Both the position numbers and the translations under genes were made by a program. A stretch of DNA of 64,000 nt from Macrostomum lignano (taxonomy: Eukaryota): positions 184,259 through 248,258 of the forward strand of contig NIVC01002293.1 in the NCBI GenBank assembly GCA_002269645.1, read 5' to 3'. How positions within the stretch are numbered: the first letter of the stretch is position 1; every line of letters starts with the position of its first letter. The notes beneath the pieces were generated by a model, which was not told the DNA's origin, did no database searches, and saw only the letters and a program-made list of their open reading frames with translations. Positions 11,195-35,633 of the stretch are shown here, piece by piece.

Positions 11195-11836
11195 ATTTTT
11201 TTGGCAGAATTTCTTTTGAACTGAATCAAGACTGGATCAGAAAATTATAATTTAGGATGCGCGTACGTACAAGACACATCAATCCATTCGTAGTTTATCG
11301 CTGCTAAAATTTAGCAAATAAGACAAACATACTTGTTTTTACACCAGCTTGAATAGACTGTTATGAAGACCTTCCCGATATGTTGTGTAATATAGTTAAA
11401 TTTGATGAAATAATAATGAAATAAAAGTAATCTTAGCATATAAAACTAAAATCCTCCAATAGGTTCATTTTATTGAAGGATAAATGCAGAAAAATCTAAA
11501 GTATAATGTTTGTACCCGAAGTTCCAAGCCCCAAATATGTAAGGAAAATAATAGTAAAGGAGAGAATTTTTCCAGTGAGTAGTATGCTGCGCGTTTCTAT
11601 TTTTAATCGTTATACCAGACGTAGAAAAATATTAACAGATAAGAAATTCCACTGAATTCCACATATTTTATATTATTCATAATAGGTCTCCGTGCTTCTA
11701 TTGAAGGGGCTTGTAGCCTTTAGTGGCATAGTAAGTGAATATATATGCTTTAAGTATAATTTCCCTTGCAAATCAATAGATTAGATCCACCCTTATACTT
11801 TAGACCCAAACAATCAATAAATTTCGAATCGAACTG

Positions 11837-12520
11837 TTATCCGAACAGTTTGCCAAACAGGCTCTGCTTGTGCTGACGCAGCCTAACAGCCAGCAAATTG
11901 CTGCGAATCCGCCGCTGCACCAGCTCCACGCAGCTGGCCACCACGCAGCCGATAAAAGCCAGGCCGAACAGACCTCCGCGTAGCCACACGGCACCTTGAC
12001 TGGCGGCCATCAGGAAGCCGGAGGCAGGACAGGCCCCGATCGATGAGGAGCCGGTCACCGAGGCTGACACGTACAGGAGGCTGGCCAGCTGCAGCGCGTA
12101 GCAGCCCGACATCGGCAGGAACAGCAGGGCGGCAATCAGCCGGCGCCTCTCCCAGCAGTCGGCGTCCAGCTTGTTAACCTGCTGCGGCCGGTAGAACTCC
12201 CAGATACCCCGGAGAAACCGCCTGACGCTCACCGGAGCTGAGCTTTGACCATCCTGATCCTGCTGCTGCTGCTGCTCGCCGCCATCTGAGCTGAGCAGCT
12301 GGAACTGCGGCTTCTCCATGCGGATGACCGCCCAGGCGATCAGGTCCACGGACAGGCCGCACGGCAATATTGCGGTCTCAATCTGCTCCACCAAGGCTGC
12401 CGACTCCTGCAAATCCGGTGACGACACTCTCTGGGCAGCCGCCACGGCCTCCTCTTCGTCGGGCGTGGAGACCACCAACGACGGCTGGCGGGGAGCGACG
12501 ACCGACTCGGAATCGAGCAT
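11837..12520 (-). CDS. Intronless 227-aa protein of unknown family with two C-terminal hydrophobic segments
   Basis: GC-rich ATG-initiated ORF within AT-rich flanks. It has a poly-Q patch and hydrophobic stretches LIAALLFLPMSGCYALQLASLLYV and GGLFGLAFIGCVVASCVEL. No family motif recognised. Confidence 0.55.
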   Translation of the reverse strand: MLDSESVVAPRQPSLVVSTPDEEEAVAAAQRVSSPDLQESAALVEQIETAILPCGLSVDLIAWAVIRMEKPQFQLLSSDGGEQQQQQDQDGQSSAPVSVRRFLRGIWEFYRPQQVNKLDADCWERRRLIAALLFLPMSGCYALQLASLLYVSASVTGSSSIGACPASGFLMAASQGAVWLRGGLFGLAFIGCVVASCVELVQRRIRSNLLAVRLRQHKQSLFGKLFG

Positions 12521-12719
12521 GAGACGCCTGAGCAGTTGGGTGCGGCGTCGTGCGGCCAGGGTCGCGCGTAGATGGACAACGTCTCTGGTATGGTTGGAGT
12601 TTTGCTAGCATTTGGAAGCCAACAGTTTCAACAGGCGCTAATCATATGCTTGTACAAAGACTGTTTTCCTATATACATATTTTATATTATTCATAATAGG
12701 TCTCCGAGCTTCTATTGAA

Positions 12720-12900
12720 GGGGCTTGTAGCCTTAGTGGTGTAGAGTGTCGGGACTCGCCGCTGAAAGGTCAGGGGTTCGATTCTCGACCTTACTCGGAA
12801 CGATTTGGTGTCCTTGAGCAAGACACTTAACTCTGCATTGCTGCAGTTTACCCAGCTGTAAAATGGGTGCCAGCATTGGCTGGGGTAATTGAGGGTGTGT
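12720..12900 (+). mobile_element. tRNA-derived CORE-type SINE (3' end replaced by a minisatellite)
   Basis: A-box TAGCCTTAGTGG (12728-12739) and B-box GGTTCGATTCT (12775-12785). These are followed by GTGTCCTTGAGCAAGACACTTAACTC...CAGTTTACCCAGCTGTAAAATGGG, which closely parallels the MIR/CORE domain (GTGACCTTGGGCAAGTCACTTAACC...CAGTTTCCTCATCTGTAAAATGGG, recalled from memory). Confidence 0.75.
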
Positions 12901-13340
12901 GTCTGGTAAATATATCTGTCTGGCAAATATTTGTCTGGCAATTGTCTGCCTAGCAATTGTCTGCCTAGCAAATGTCTGTCTGGCAAATGTCTTTCTGGCA
13001 AATATTTGTCTGGCAATTGTCTGCCTAGCAATTGTCTGCCTAGCAAATATCTGTCTGGCAAATGTCTGTCTGGCAAATATTTTTCTGGTAATTGTATGCC
13101 TAGCAAATTGTCTGGCAAATGTCTTTCTGGCAAATATCTGTCTGGCAAATCTCTTTCTGGCAAATATCTCTCTGGCAGATTTCTGTCTGGCAAATATCTG
13201 TCTGGCAAATATCTGTCTGGCAAATATCTGTCTGGCAAATATCTGTCTGGCAAATATCTGTCTGGCAAATATCTATCTGGCCAATATCTGTCTGGCAAAA
13301 GTCTGTCTGGCAAAAGTCTGTCTGGCAACTATCGTTATCC
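12900..13340. repeat. 15-bp minisatellite (TCTGGCAAATATCTG), possibly the subterminal array of a foldback-type element end
   Basis: ~28 degenerate units ending ...CTGGCAACTATCGTTATCCC (reverse complement GGGATAACGATAGTTGCCAG). No partner end seen. Confidence 0.8.
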
Positions 13341-14202
13341 CACTGCCCCTTTCGTTATGAGTTTTGACAGTTAACAATGAAAAATTGTACTTAGCGTCCC
13401 TCAGAGGGGAAAGCCAACATCCTACGCCCCCCCCCAGTCACCTGACTCGCGCGGTGGCCATGGGCGCGCAGCCAATTAGCGCGGCTATTCCGGCGCTAAG
13501 CAGGTGACGCGCAAGATCGCCAGGACACCCGGCCGCCAGCCCGAGTCCAGCGGCGAGGCACTCGACGATGCCGACCGACACGCCGGCCAGAAAGGCCGCC
13601 AGACTGATGAGAACATCTGCTGCCCCACTGACGCCTTCATTGGCGCCGTTTGTGGCGCCAACTGGAGCGACAGCATTGTGCCGATTGTTGGTCCCGTGCT
13701 CGCGCGCCGAACAACTGACTTTGGCGTTAAAAGGAGGCAAATTGGATGCCGCGGACAAGTTCCCTCGGGATCGCATTATTGTGCTCAAAAATCGACTGGT
13801 TATCGTTAAAGATGCCTCGGCCGCGAGCAGCAACTGATTCCGCATTGACTGCGCACAGGGCATTGCGCCCATAGACTGCAGTAGTCTGCACCAGTGCACT
13901 TCTGAAATTGAATCTTTTTCTCAACATTTCTTATTAGAATCACCTTAGCTTTGCACCAATCCGCCCCTAGAATCGCACTAATCCGCCCCTAGAATCGCAC
14001 GAATCGCACCAATATTAATCGGAGTCAGAATATTTGCTTTCAGTTAGATGACGTTATGATTTATTTAGCGCGAGAGATGGCGGCAAAGACAGTCACACAG
14101 CATTTTATGACGAGAAAAAATTATGATGGGAAGAATTCATCAAAGCATTTTCAGTCTTTGTTCCTACCTACAAAACATTTTTATCATTTTCCGTACGTGA
14201 GG

Positions 14203-14722
<520 letters not shown>

Positions 14723-14724
14723 GC

Positions 14725-16233
14725 CTACAGTCCCACCGTGGTCTCATCAGTGGTGGATTTCGTAGGCTCCCGCGATCTTCTCGCAGCCGCAGGCGGCCGT
14801 CCGGCCCGTCCGCAGTCGCCCAGCAGAGCCAGCCTCCGTCTGTGCAGCTCGTGCCGAAACTCCGGCGCGGTGCGCGAGTGCACCACGAAGGCGATGCCGC
14901 TGGCCAGGTAGGCGGGATAGTACAGCAGAGCCAGGTAGCTGGACTGCGGACTGTCGGGGTCCAGCATCACGGCGCACAGGTACACCATCAGCGGCAGGTG
15001 GCAGCCGGTGAAAGCGCCGACCACCAGGGCGAGGTGTCGGACCGCCCGGCCGGCGGCGGCAGAGGCGGCGAAGTTGCTGCTGCTGGCAGCACCGCAGCTG
15101 GGTAGCGCGGATCGACGCGCGCTTTAGCAGTGCGCGCCAGCTGGCAGAGGCGCCAGTTGAGGAGCAGCAGAGCGACGGCGGTGGCAAAGAACAGGCCTAC
15201 CAGGGTGGCCTGGTAGGCCGGGTGGTGGTCGCGGCTGAAGGTGCAACGGACCGGCCGGCGGAAGTCGTGCCGGAAGCTGGCGAACTGGACGGGGCCGGCC
15301 ACCGCAAAGCCGTACAGCCACGGCAGGCTGAGCAGCAGGGGGCGCCGGCGCTCCCAGGAGGCGCGCGCTTCTGGACGGCGCACTGAGGCGTAGCGCTCGG
15401 CCGAGAGCAGCAGCAGGTGCGCCTTGAGAAAGAGCAGCAGCTGAATGCATGGCCCGTGACTGAGTGATTGCATAATCCCATATGATCGCATATGATCCCA
15501 CCATCCCATACCATCCCATACTCCCATATGATCGCATATGATCCCACCATCCCATACCATCCCATACTCCCATATGATCGCATATGATCCCACCATCCCA
15601 TATCATCCCATATGATCCCATATGATCCCACCATCCCATACCATCCCATACTCCCATATCATCCCATATGATCCCACCATCCCATATCATCCCATATGAT
15701 CCCACCATCCCATATGATCCCACCATCGCATATGATCCCACCCACAATTCACTGATCCCACAATTCACTGATCCCTCAATTCACTGATCCCTCAATTAAC
15801 TGATCCCTCAATTCACTGATCCCACAATTCACTGATCCCACAATTCACTGATCCCACAATTCACTGATCCCACAAGTCACTGATCCCACAATTCACTGAT
15901 CCCACAGCTCACCTGAGACACGTACAGGGGGCAGAAGATGAGGCACAGGCACACCAGACAGGCAACAGGCTGGGACATCCAGTCCCTCCGAAGTGACATC
16001 ACGAATTTGGCCTGCAAGCCAAATCCCAGAGTGATGTCGGAGCACGAGAGAGACAGGATCATCAATCGGAATGTGGTGACACCTCTGCGCTTGATGACGC
16101 TGTGATAGATGACAGCAGTGAGGCCGGACACAGTCAGCACCAGCGCTGAGGCCAGCGGAGTCAGCACGATGTGAATCCAATTTGTGTCCTGAGTATTCGA
16201 AATTCGAAATGCAGAGTGCCGCTCGTGCTGCAT
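14725..16233 (-). CDS. Class A (rhodopsin-like) GPCR, 2 exons, one apparent frameshift
   Basis: Exon 1 is 16233-15913 (TM1-TM3 start; CAG|GTGAGC) and exon 2 starts at 15440 (CATTCAG|CTG). LLLLSAERYASVRRP gives the TM3 E/DRY motif. TM4-TM5 follow, then the frame shifts near 15120 into RAVRHLALVVGAFTGCHLPL (TM6) and YYPAYLASGIAFVVHSRTAPEFRHEL (TM7/helix 8). Confidence 0.75.
15470..15905. repeat. Two adjacent minisatellites filling the GPCR intron
   Basis: CCCATATGAT/CCCACCAT units at 15470-15740 and 16-bp ATCCCACAATTCACTG units at 15745-15905. Confidence 0.9.
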
Positions 16234-16599
16234 CCTGCTGTTGCTCAGGTGTGTGGAGCTTAGGGAGCGAATATTTCCAAACCGAAATCTGCGTGAGTTC
16301 CCATCGGTAAACTCGTCTTATCTCCATTCACGCCGCGATTCCGCATGGCCAATATTGACTGTCACCATAGCAACTACTGGAGTCTGCTTATTGCTTGTGT
16401 TTACCCAGCTTTAGATAAGGGGCCAATGTTCGGCGCACTTACTGCAAATAGGAAACACCTGCTTGCCATCTTGCACTAGCGATATTTGTGCATATCCCGG
16501 CCCCAAACACTTCATCAAACGCCTAAACCGCCCACGCTCTTTATTAACACATTGACCTGTCTGGTTAAGAACTACCCGGAGAGATCCGCTCCCCTATCA

Positions 16600-16915
16600 A
16601 TCCCTGATCCGCCCCTGATCCGCCCCCCTGATCCACCTGATCTGCCCCCTGGATCTGCCACTGATCCGCTTTCTGATCCGCCCCCTGATCCGCCCCCATC
16701 CGCCCCCTAATCCGCCACCCTGATCCACCTCCTTGATCCGCCCCCTGATCCACCTCCTTGATCCGCCCCCTGATCCGCCCCTGATTCGCCCCCTGATCCG
16801 CCCCCGATCCGCCCCTGATCCGCCCCCTGATCCGCCCATCCGCCCCTGATCCGCCCCCTATTCGCCCCCTGATCCGCCCCCGATCCGCCCCTGATCCGCC
16901 CCCATCCGCCCCCTG
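16600..16915. repeat. GATCCGCCCCCT minisatellite
   Basis: Degenerate 11-12-bp units. Confidence 0.9.
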
Positions 16916-17909
16916 ACCCAGAGCATTTCTGTAGCTTTAACCCAAAAACAACAGTACAAGAAGCGTATAGGGCTATGATTAATAACATTAGCTAAATGTA
17001 TAATATATTTGGATAACCAATGAGCAAGGACTCACAACGTTAATAAAAATAATTATGCAATATTCGGGCGTGCCCATAGACTATTATCACCTGCAGCGAA
17101 GCTTCTAAGTAAGATTATAGCGATTAAAGTACAAGGTGCACTTTTAAGTAATCTACTTGCTGCATGAAACTAACTAAAGAAACATTGAGTTGAGAAGATT
17201 GCACAATGCCAGCCAAAATTAAATCGCAAAATTACAAAAGCATTTGGAATCCTGACTGGGGGGTATGCAGAAGCAGAAGATTATTATGCAGAAATTTGAT
17301 TTGGTTTGTCAAACAAATATGCTTTCATAATTGAAGCCCTCTAGGGAGAAACAATTCTACTTCTGATCACAGTAAACAGATTATCACGGATAAACAGTAA
17401 ACAGGGAGTTAAACAAAAACTCGATGTAACAAAAATATTTCTACAAAATGATGCCTGAATGAGATTGCGAGACAGCACTCTGTAAAAAAAGAAGCATGAA
17501 AAAAGCTTTATAAAAACACAAACGCTCGCTGTAGAGGTGCATGGATATAAATATACTAATTTCGACTCTAGTTGAAAAATATAAACGAATGCGTAACAAA
17601 ATGTTGGGCTAAAATTAGCGCAGATGCACAGTGACTAGTTCGAGCCGAAAATATGTGCAAATTTTATGCATGATAATTTGACCTTTTATAAGTCAATGCT
17701 TGCTACAAGCCTACTGCTTTGTGAGTACATGTAGCACAGTTTAAATAAACTCTTATAAGCATGATTTTTCGTGGTTTCTCATTCGAAAACTCGCTGTGGT
17801 TCTGGCCGTACCTGAATGCCTTCTACAATTCATTGATGAGGAGTGGGTTATGGCGTTCACCAAGAGAGATCCAAGAACCTAATAGACTTTTAAGAGAACA
17901 CGCAAAACT

Positions 17910-18247
<338 letters not shown>

Positions 18248-18621
18248 TTCAGGATAAAAAATTGAACAACTAATTTGCTAAAAAGCTTTATTCACCTTTC
18301 CGAAATTACTTCCTGCGAGAGCTGCAATGTTAACACGGGAAGGTTGCGTTTTGTGTTCGTTCGGAATAACTTTCTCTTTAACCTCCTCGACCTCACTGAC
18401 CTCATCAAGATGCACACAAAGTTGAACAAATAAAAAGCATCAACTCACTCGGGTCCAGGAGACGGTGCCCTCCTGTTTGAACAAGAAAAGTTGAGGGCCA
18501 ACGTTTTTGAGTTTGAATTTGAATTAAATGCGATAGTAACATGCAGATAGCACTACTAAATTTCTCTAAATGCTCGCAAGTAGCATGACTCAGTCAAAAT
18601 GCAATAATATTTAAATTACGC

Positions 18622-29650
<11,029 letters not shown>

Positions 29651-31678
29651 CGTGTAGTTATAACTACCTGATAAATATATTTTGTAAAATATCTATAATA
29701 TATCAGTAAAAAATTGGAGAAGCCGCCTAGTAGTTACCAAAGTACTTAAAATTTCGGCTGTAACCTTTTACGGAGAAGTAATTTGCTAGTAATATTATCA
29801 TTGATTCATTTTAGTGCTATGAGAAGCGCATTTGTGAAAATGTATCTGGGCAGTCTGAAATTCCTCGGTAAATCTGTAATTCAAAAAAATATTTTTGGGA
29901 TAACACACAAAGCATTCACTTTAAAAACTTCTTCAGCTTTGAAAAATAAATATTAGTTAACTTTAAATGTCGTGTTCTATTATTGTTTTGTTTTAAATTA
30001 GCAATTTTTTTCGAGTACTTGTAATTTGTTAAAAATAGCTTTAATCCGGCTTAAAACGAACAACAAATATCATCAGATTTTTCGTAAATGTTCAGTTCAT
30101 GTAACTTTATTCTTCCCAAAAATTTTAATAGATAGATATTCATGTTTAAACTTAAAAGATTCGTATGCATGTGGGCTTGATATGGTTAGGGTAGATGTTA
30201 AGTAATGAGAGATTATTTAATTTTACGAGCGTATTAACTAAGTAACGATCAGTCTTTGCTTCGCTTGATTGCATTCTAGAACTTTGGATCTTTAGAATTT
30301 TTGCTTTTTTTAGGCCCTAGGCCAAGCCTTAGACCTAGTCCATCTTAAAACTTAGGGCTTAGTACTATAAATATTTTAAATAAATCTTATAATAACTGTA
30401 TTATTCATAAGCATTTTAGAATTTATAAGTTAGGCCTAGGCCCTATTGCAAATGTAATATAATGTTAAGCCTATAGAATTTTCTGTCTTGAATCTTATCT
30501 CCTTTTGAAATTGGGTAGCAAAATACTAGGCCTACCCAAATACTACCTGGGGGGATTCTACTCTCCCTACTTGTCTCACTGATGATACCAAGTTGTTAGG
30601 GTTGTTTGTTTTTTCTTAGAAATAGAATGTTTCTTTTTTCCACTTAGAGGCCTATGACTTTTGCCATCTAAAATTGTCCTAGGAGAATCTTGCAATTTTA
30701 CTGCTTTGCTATTACCAAAGTTGTAATAGCCATATAGGCCTAGGTATTTTTTATCATAAAGCTAATAATATCAAAGTTGTAAAAGCAAAAGGGTTGACTT
30801 AAATTGCACTGGCTCATTCCATATAAGATAGACATATTTGGAAAATAGAAAAAAGTCAATATTTTTGCTTGCCATTGCCTAATTAGCCTATTTTTTTACC
30901 AAATGTTTATATTGTGCAATATATACAATCTAAGAATAAAGGAATGGTAAAATGTTGGATTAGTATATTATCAATTGGCAAAAAGTCATTTTTGTAAAAA
31001 TTTGGACATTTTTCGAAGCAAAAGACATCATTAAGATTTTGTACCTTTTAAAAACAAATAGAAAGCTTTTGAAGGTTGAAACAAACTATAGATAAAAGTA
31101 TAGTACTTGCATCATCAGATAAAAGCATTAGTGACCAAATAATCTATTATATTTTTAATGTATTAGTACCTCAAAGTTACTGAATTGACAGAAAAAAATA
31201 TGTTACAACCATAATGTTACGACCATGAGGCTGCATTTTCTTTTGTATCTTTGTTGCCTTTTGAGTTTATATATTCTAATAAAAGAGTATGATTTCTAAA
31301 GATGTTCTTAGTCAAATTTTAAAAATGTATTGCAAAATATCAAAAATGAAAATGTTATAAGACTTTTACCTTTTAGTTTCTATATGTCAAAAATCCTGTC
31401 GTTACAACCATAAGTGTCATTTAAGGTTTAATAGCATCTATACTAATGATGATATCTATATGAAACTCTATAAATATATTCTAGACAAAATAATCTTTCA
31501 TTTAAAATATTGGTTTAGTATATTCTATTATTAGATTTCATTTTATAAGTAAAAATAACCTGTCATGTTACGACCATGCTTATATGGAATGAGCCCACTA
31601 CATATGGCATAACGCAATAGGCCTAATGACATAAAAAGCATATCTTACATAGTGCCAAGTTGGAAAAAATACACTCTA

Positions 31679-33023
31679 CGAGGTGTATTCAAAAAGTTCT
31701 TTTCGGTGCCCTACAAAACTGAACACAAAACAACTGGAACTATGAAAACACTGTTAGATTGCTTAACATGATTCTGTCACTCAACATATTCACCGCCAAT
31801 GTCTTTGCACTTCTGCCAGCAATTTACTAGGCCTCTGATTCCGGAACTCACACCACTTGCGTCCATTTGGCGAACAGCTTGATTGCATGCAGCTTCGATG
31901 TGCTCGACGCTGTCAAATCGAATGCCCCGAAGGTGCTTCTTCACAGATAGAAATAAGAAGAAGTCGCATGGCGACAAATCAGGCGAATAGGGTGGATGTT
32001 GGAGCACTTCCCAGCCCCATTTGCTCAGGAGTTCCACGACGTTGTGCTTGCGATGTGCTGGCGCATTGTCGTGCAGCAGGATCACACCAGATTCCAGCAG
32101 ACCAGGGCGCTTCTTTCGTATTGCTGGGCGCAGCTTCTCCTACAGAATCCACTTGTAGTAGTCCCCATTGACGGTGGTTCCTTGTGGGACTGCCCAGTTC
32201 AGCAGGATTCCTTGGGAATCAAAAAACATGACGTGCATGATCTTTATCACGCACTGCTTCCTGATGGCCTTCTGAGGTCTTGGAGAATGTGCTGGAAGCC
32301 ATTTGGCAGACTGGGCCTTGTCTCAGGATCCCAGCTGTAAACCCACGTCTCGTCTCCAGCAACAATTCTTGATAGAAAATCCTCCCCTTCTCGATGGAAC
32401 CGACGCAGGTGGCTGCTTGAAGCCAGAGTTCGCTGCATCTTTTGCTCACCTGTCAGCAGGTGTGGCACCCACTTGCAGAACTTTTTCTGTAGGAGAAGAC
32501 GCTCAGTCAGAATAGTGTGGACGCTTCCTACTGACACACCAACGTCTTCTGCCAACTCTTCGCAAGTCCGTCGCCGATCATCATCCAAGAGCTCTTGCAC
32601 TTTCTTCACAACAGTCTCTTTGGTTGCAGTCATCGGCCTTTCAGAGCGGCCATTGTCCTCAACGCTCTCTCTTCCCTCAGCGAACAGCCGGTACCATTTT
32701 CGAACTGTCTGCTCAGTTGGTGCACAGTTGCCAAGCACTTGCTGAAGCTCCCTAAACATATCCGGTGGCTTTTTTCCTTGCAGAAACTGAAACTTCATCA
32801 AGCTTTGAACGTCTTGCTTTGAAAATGATTCAGCCATGGCCAAGAAATTGAGTGGCAGCTGATAGAAATGTTCGCTGCTCTAACATAGTTACAAACTGAG
32901 ACTTAAAACCCTAGGAACGTTTAGGCCATAGACATAACTTGGTAAAATCGCTAAAATTTTGTTTACAACGTTTTCTAAAAATAAATGCCAAAGGACCGAA
33001 AAGAACTTTTTGAATAAACCTCG
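31679..33023 (-). mobile_element. Full-length but defective mariner (DD34D) transposon, 1345 bp
   Basis: 29-bp TIRs CGAGGT(G/T)TATTCAAAAAGTTCTTTTCGGT with TA TSDs (31677-78, 33024-25). The transposase runs 32843-31777 with GDETW, HDNAPAH and YSPDLSPCDF (34 aa between the 2nd and 3rd D). It has one frameshift near 32310 and one in-frame TAG near 32130. Confidence 0.95.
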
Positions 33024-34026
33024 TAGGCTACACTCTACATACTGTACTATATGTCTATATATGTCTGGCAAACTAACTTATATATTTACACTTGTGCACT
33101 CATATAGGCCTATATATTTAGGTATACATTCTTTGAGTCATTATATACTTCACTTAAAGATAGACCTATACCTGACTAGATGAGTATACTGAATCCTACA
33201 TATGAATGGGATAAATAAGGCCATGAAGACTATTCTATCAACCAGTGCCTCCTTTCTGCAACTGAAGAGTGAAAGCTATTACTCTTTACATTATAGAAAC
33301 TTGGTCATGTATCTCCTGGAAAAGTTAATAATTGTTTTGGTGCACATTGGATATTAGAAGAAAATTTACTAGCAATCTTAAGTGCAGCCCAGGGATCAGG
33401 TGATAGTGCAGCTACAGCACATTCAAGGGAACTAGAAGCACCACCATCCTAATGTTCAGCAAGCTCACACAGAGAGGGACTGTTAATAGCAGTGTAAAAC
33501 CCAGAGGTTGTTGCTTCTAATAGAGGTCTATCTGTGCAAAATGCAAAAATTAAGATTCATGGTACAGATGCAACAACCCAAGCATATTGCTTTTCTTAAG
33601 TAATTTCAGCTAAAAGAGAAGTTGTTTTTGAAATGAATGAAAAAACTAGACATCTTGAGACAGATTTATATGATGGCGCAATGCTCATGCTGAATCTATT
33701 GCTATAGAATCTTGCCTATCAACTGATGCTAATATTGAAGCGTGGATCCAATGACCATATACAGCCATTCATTTGGACTCAGATTTGGAGACTGAGACTG
33801 ATGGCCAAAGAAGTGAGAGTCCTCCAAGAAAGAGATATATAGTTATACAAACAGTCACAAATAGTTGTCTAATGATATATTTCTGGATGCTTGAGAAGAG
33901 CAAACCAATAATGTACTAACTATAGATTTAAGCAACTCTCAGTCACAGAAACAAGACAAAGCATGATATACTAAAATATTTATTTACTCAAGATAGTATT
34001 GGGACAGTTGTTTTGCGAGACTATAG

Positions 34027-34180
34027 GGTGTTACAACAGATAAAGCATCTATGATGACAGGAAGTCGAGTTGGACTTACAAGTTTGCTAAAACCATGGGC
34101 AAGAAACAATTTCTTCCAAAACCATTGTGCTGCACACAAATTGGAGCCTTCTATGTATCATGCCTTCGAAAATTTGCCAT
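34027..34180 (+). pseudogene. Fossil hAT-family transposase fragment
   Basis: A frame below the ORF-track cutoff reads GVTTDKASMMTGSRVGLTSLLKPWARNNFFQNHCAAHKLEP. This matches the hAT second-catalytic-D region (TDGAS.M.G) and the CxxH motif (HC.AH.LEL). Stops flank it. Confidence 0.6.
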
Positions 34181-35633
34181 ATATATAACACTTAGATATA
34201 CTTACTGCAACGCCTAGATGACAGGCAGAAAAATCTCCCAATTGCAACTTAGTTCTTCCTAATTGCAACTTAGTTCTTCCCAATTGCAACTTAGTTCCTC
34301 CTAATTAAAACTTTTCTTGCCTTTTTATCTTTTCTTCTCTTTCTCTCTCTCCCCTCTCTTCTCCTTCCTTTCTCCTTTTCTCTTTCTTTCTTTTCTTTTT
34401 TCCCCCAATTCATTTTTTCAATTTTGCAACTTACCTTGGCTGGCGGCCATTTTACCTGTCTGGTTTGTATGGGTTGGACGGGTGTTGGGCATGTATGTTC
34501 CTAAGGTTTTATGCACATGTGTTGTCTATAAATTTAACTGCTCTAGTCATTGGAAGTGCTTATATTTGAAAAACTAAGACTTACATCAAGGCCATTAAAC
34601 ATTGGCTAAAAAACTAACTATGCATAAATATTAGTGAGGCTATGTAAGTGTTGTAGGAGTGAGCCAATTGATTTATTTACACATTATTTGATCCTAGCAG
34701 CTCTGATTTTAGACTAATTATACATACAGACAACTCATTTTTTAGTATATAGGATTCTTGAAGCTTTAAACATTTAGAAACTAAACCCTAGCTTAGGTAT
34801 TTGAATATACAATGTATATATAGTGGTGCAGGCCATCTTCTGAGGGTATTCTAAAGGTTTCTTTACTTAGACTCTGACTCTGGCTCATTAGCCCATTTTG
34901 CTATAAACTGCAAATTTATATATCATTTAATCTTTTTAGCTATTCATGTTCATTTTTAAAAAGTTGCCTATTTAGTGTTGATTTAGTTTCATTTGCAACA
35001 GTCTATATCTGCCAAAATATGTTGCAAATATAAAAATCTATTTTCAAAGAAAGATAGAACACTTGAGATATAAGAAGGATGAGCTAAGAGCTACTGTCAT
35101 ATTTTATTAGAAAAGATTGACAGATAGTGGCTAGTAATTGGAATAGGGACTAGTATAACTTTTGTAGCTTAATTGTTTATGTTAACCTACTTTATTTGAT
35201 GTTTTCCTTCTCAGCTTTATTCTCTTTGTAAGAAAGTAGTTAGCAATAGTAAGTCTACTAGGTCAGTAGGTCAAATTTGTGAAAATTATAGACTCCAATA
35301 GCTATATTTTGCTTATGCCTTCTGCTTGTCTTCTAATTGGCATTATTGATGCATAACTCATTAAAAGTTTCCTAAAGGAATGGAAGCATTTAGGCGTGGG
35401 TTTTTGCTTAGTATCAACATCGGAAATGTTATATATGAGCGAAAATCTCAAAGCATGTATATAAATGTAGTGGTAAGTCTTTCAATATACAGTCAGCCAA
35501 ACAGTAAAATATTAATTTTCATATTTTATATTAATCAACTTTCTGTTCATGAAATCTTATTCGATATAAGCCACGGTGCCTGGGCACAACTGAGTACATA
35601 AAAAACAATTAGTTTATCCAACAACTACACAGC

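Noticed and set aside
13438-13899. GC-rich island with a 153-aa minus ORF and short plus ORFs
   Set aside because: No recognisable motif and no convincing splice partners in any frame. It may be a real exon, but I cannot support a call.
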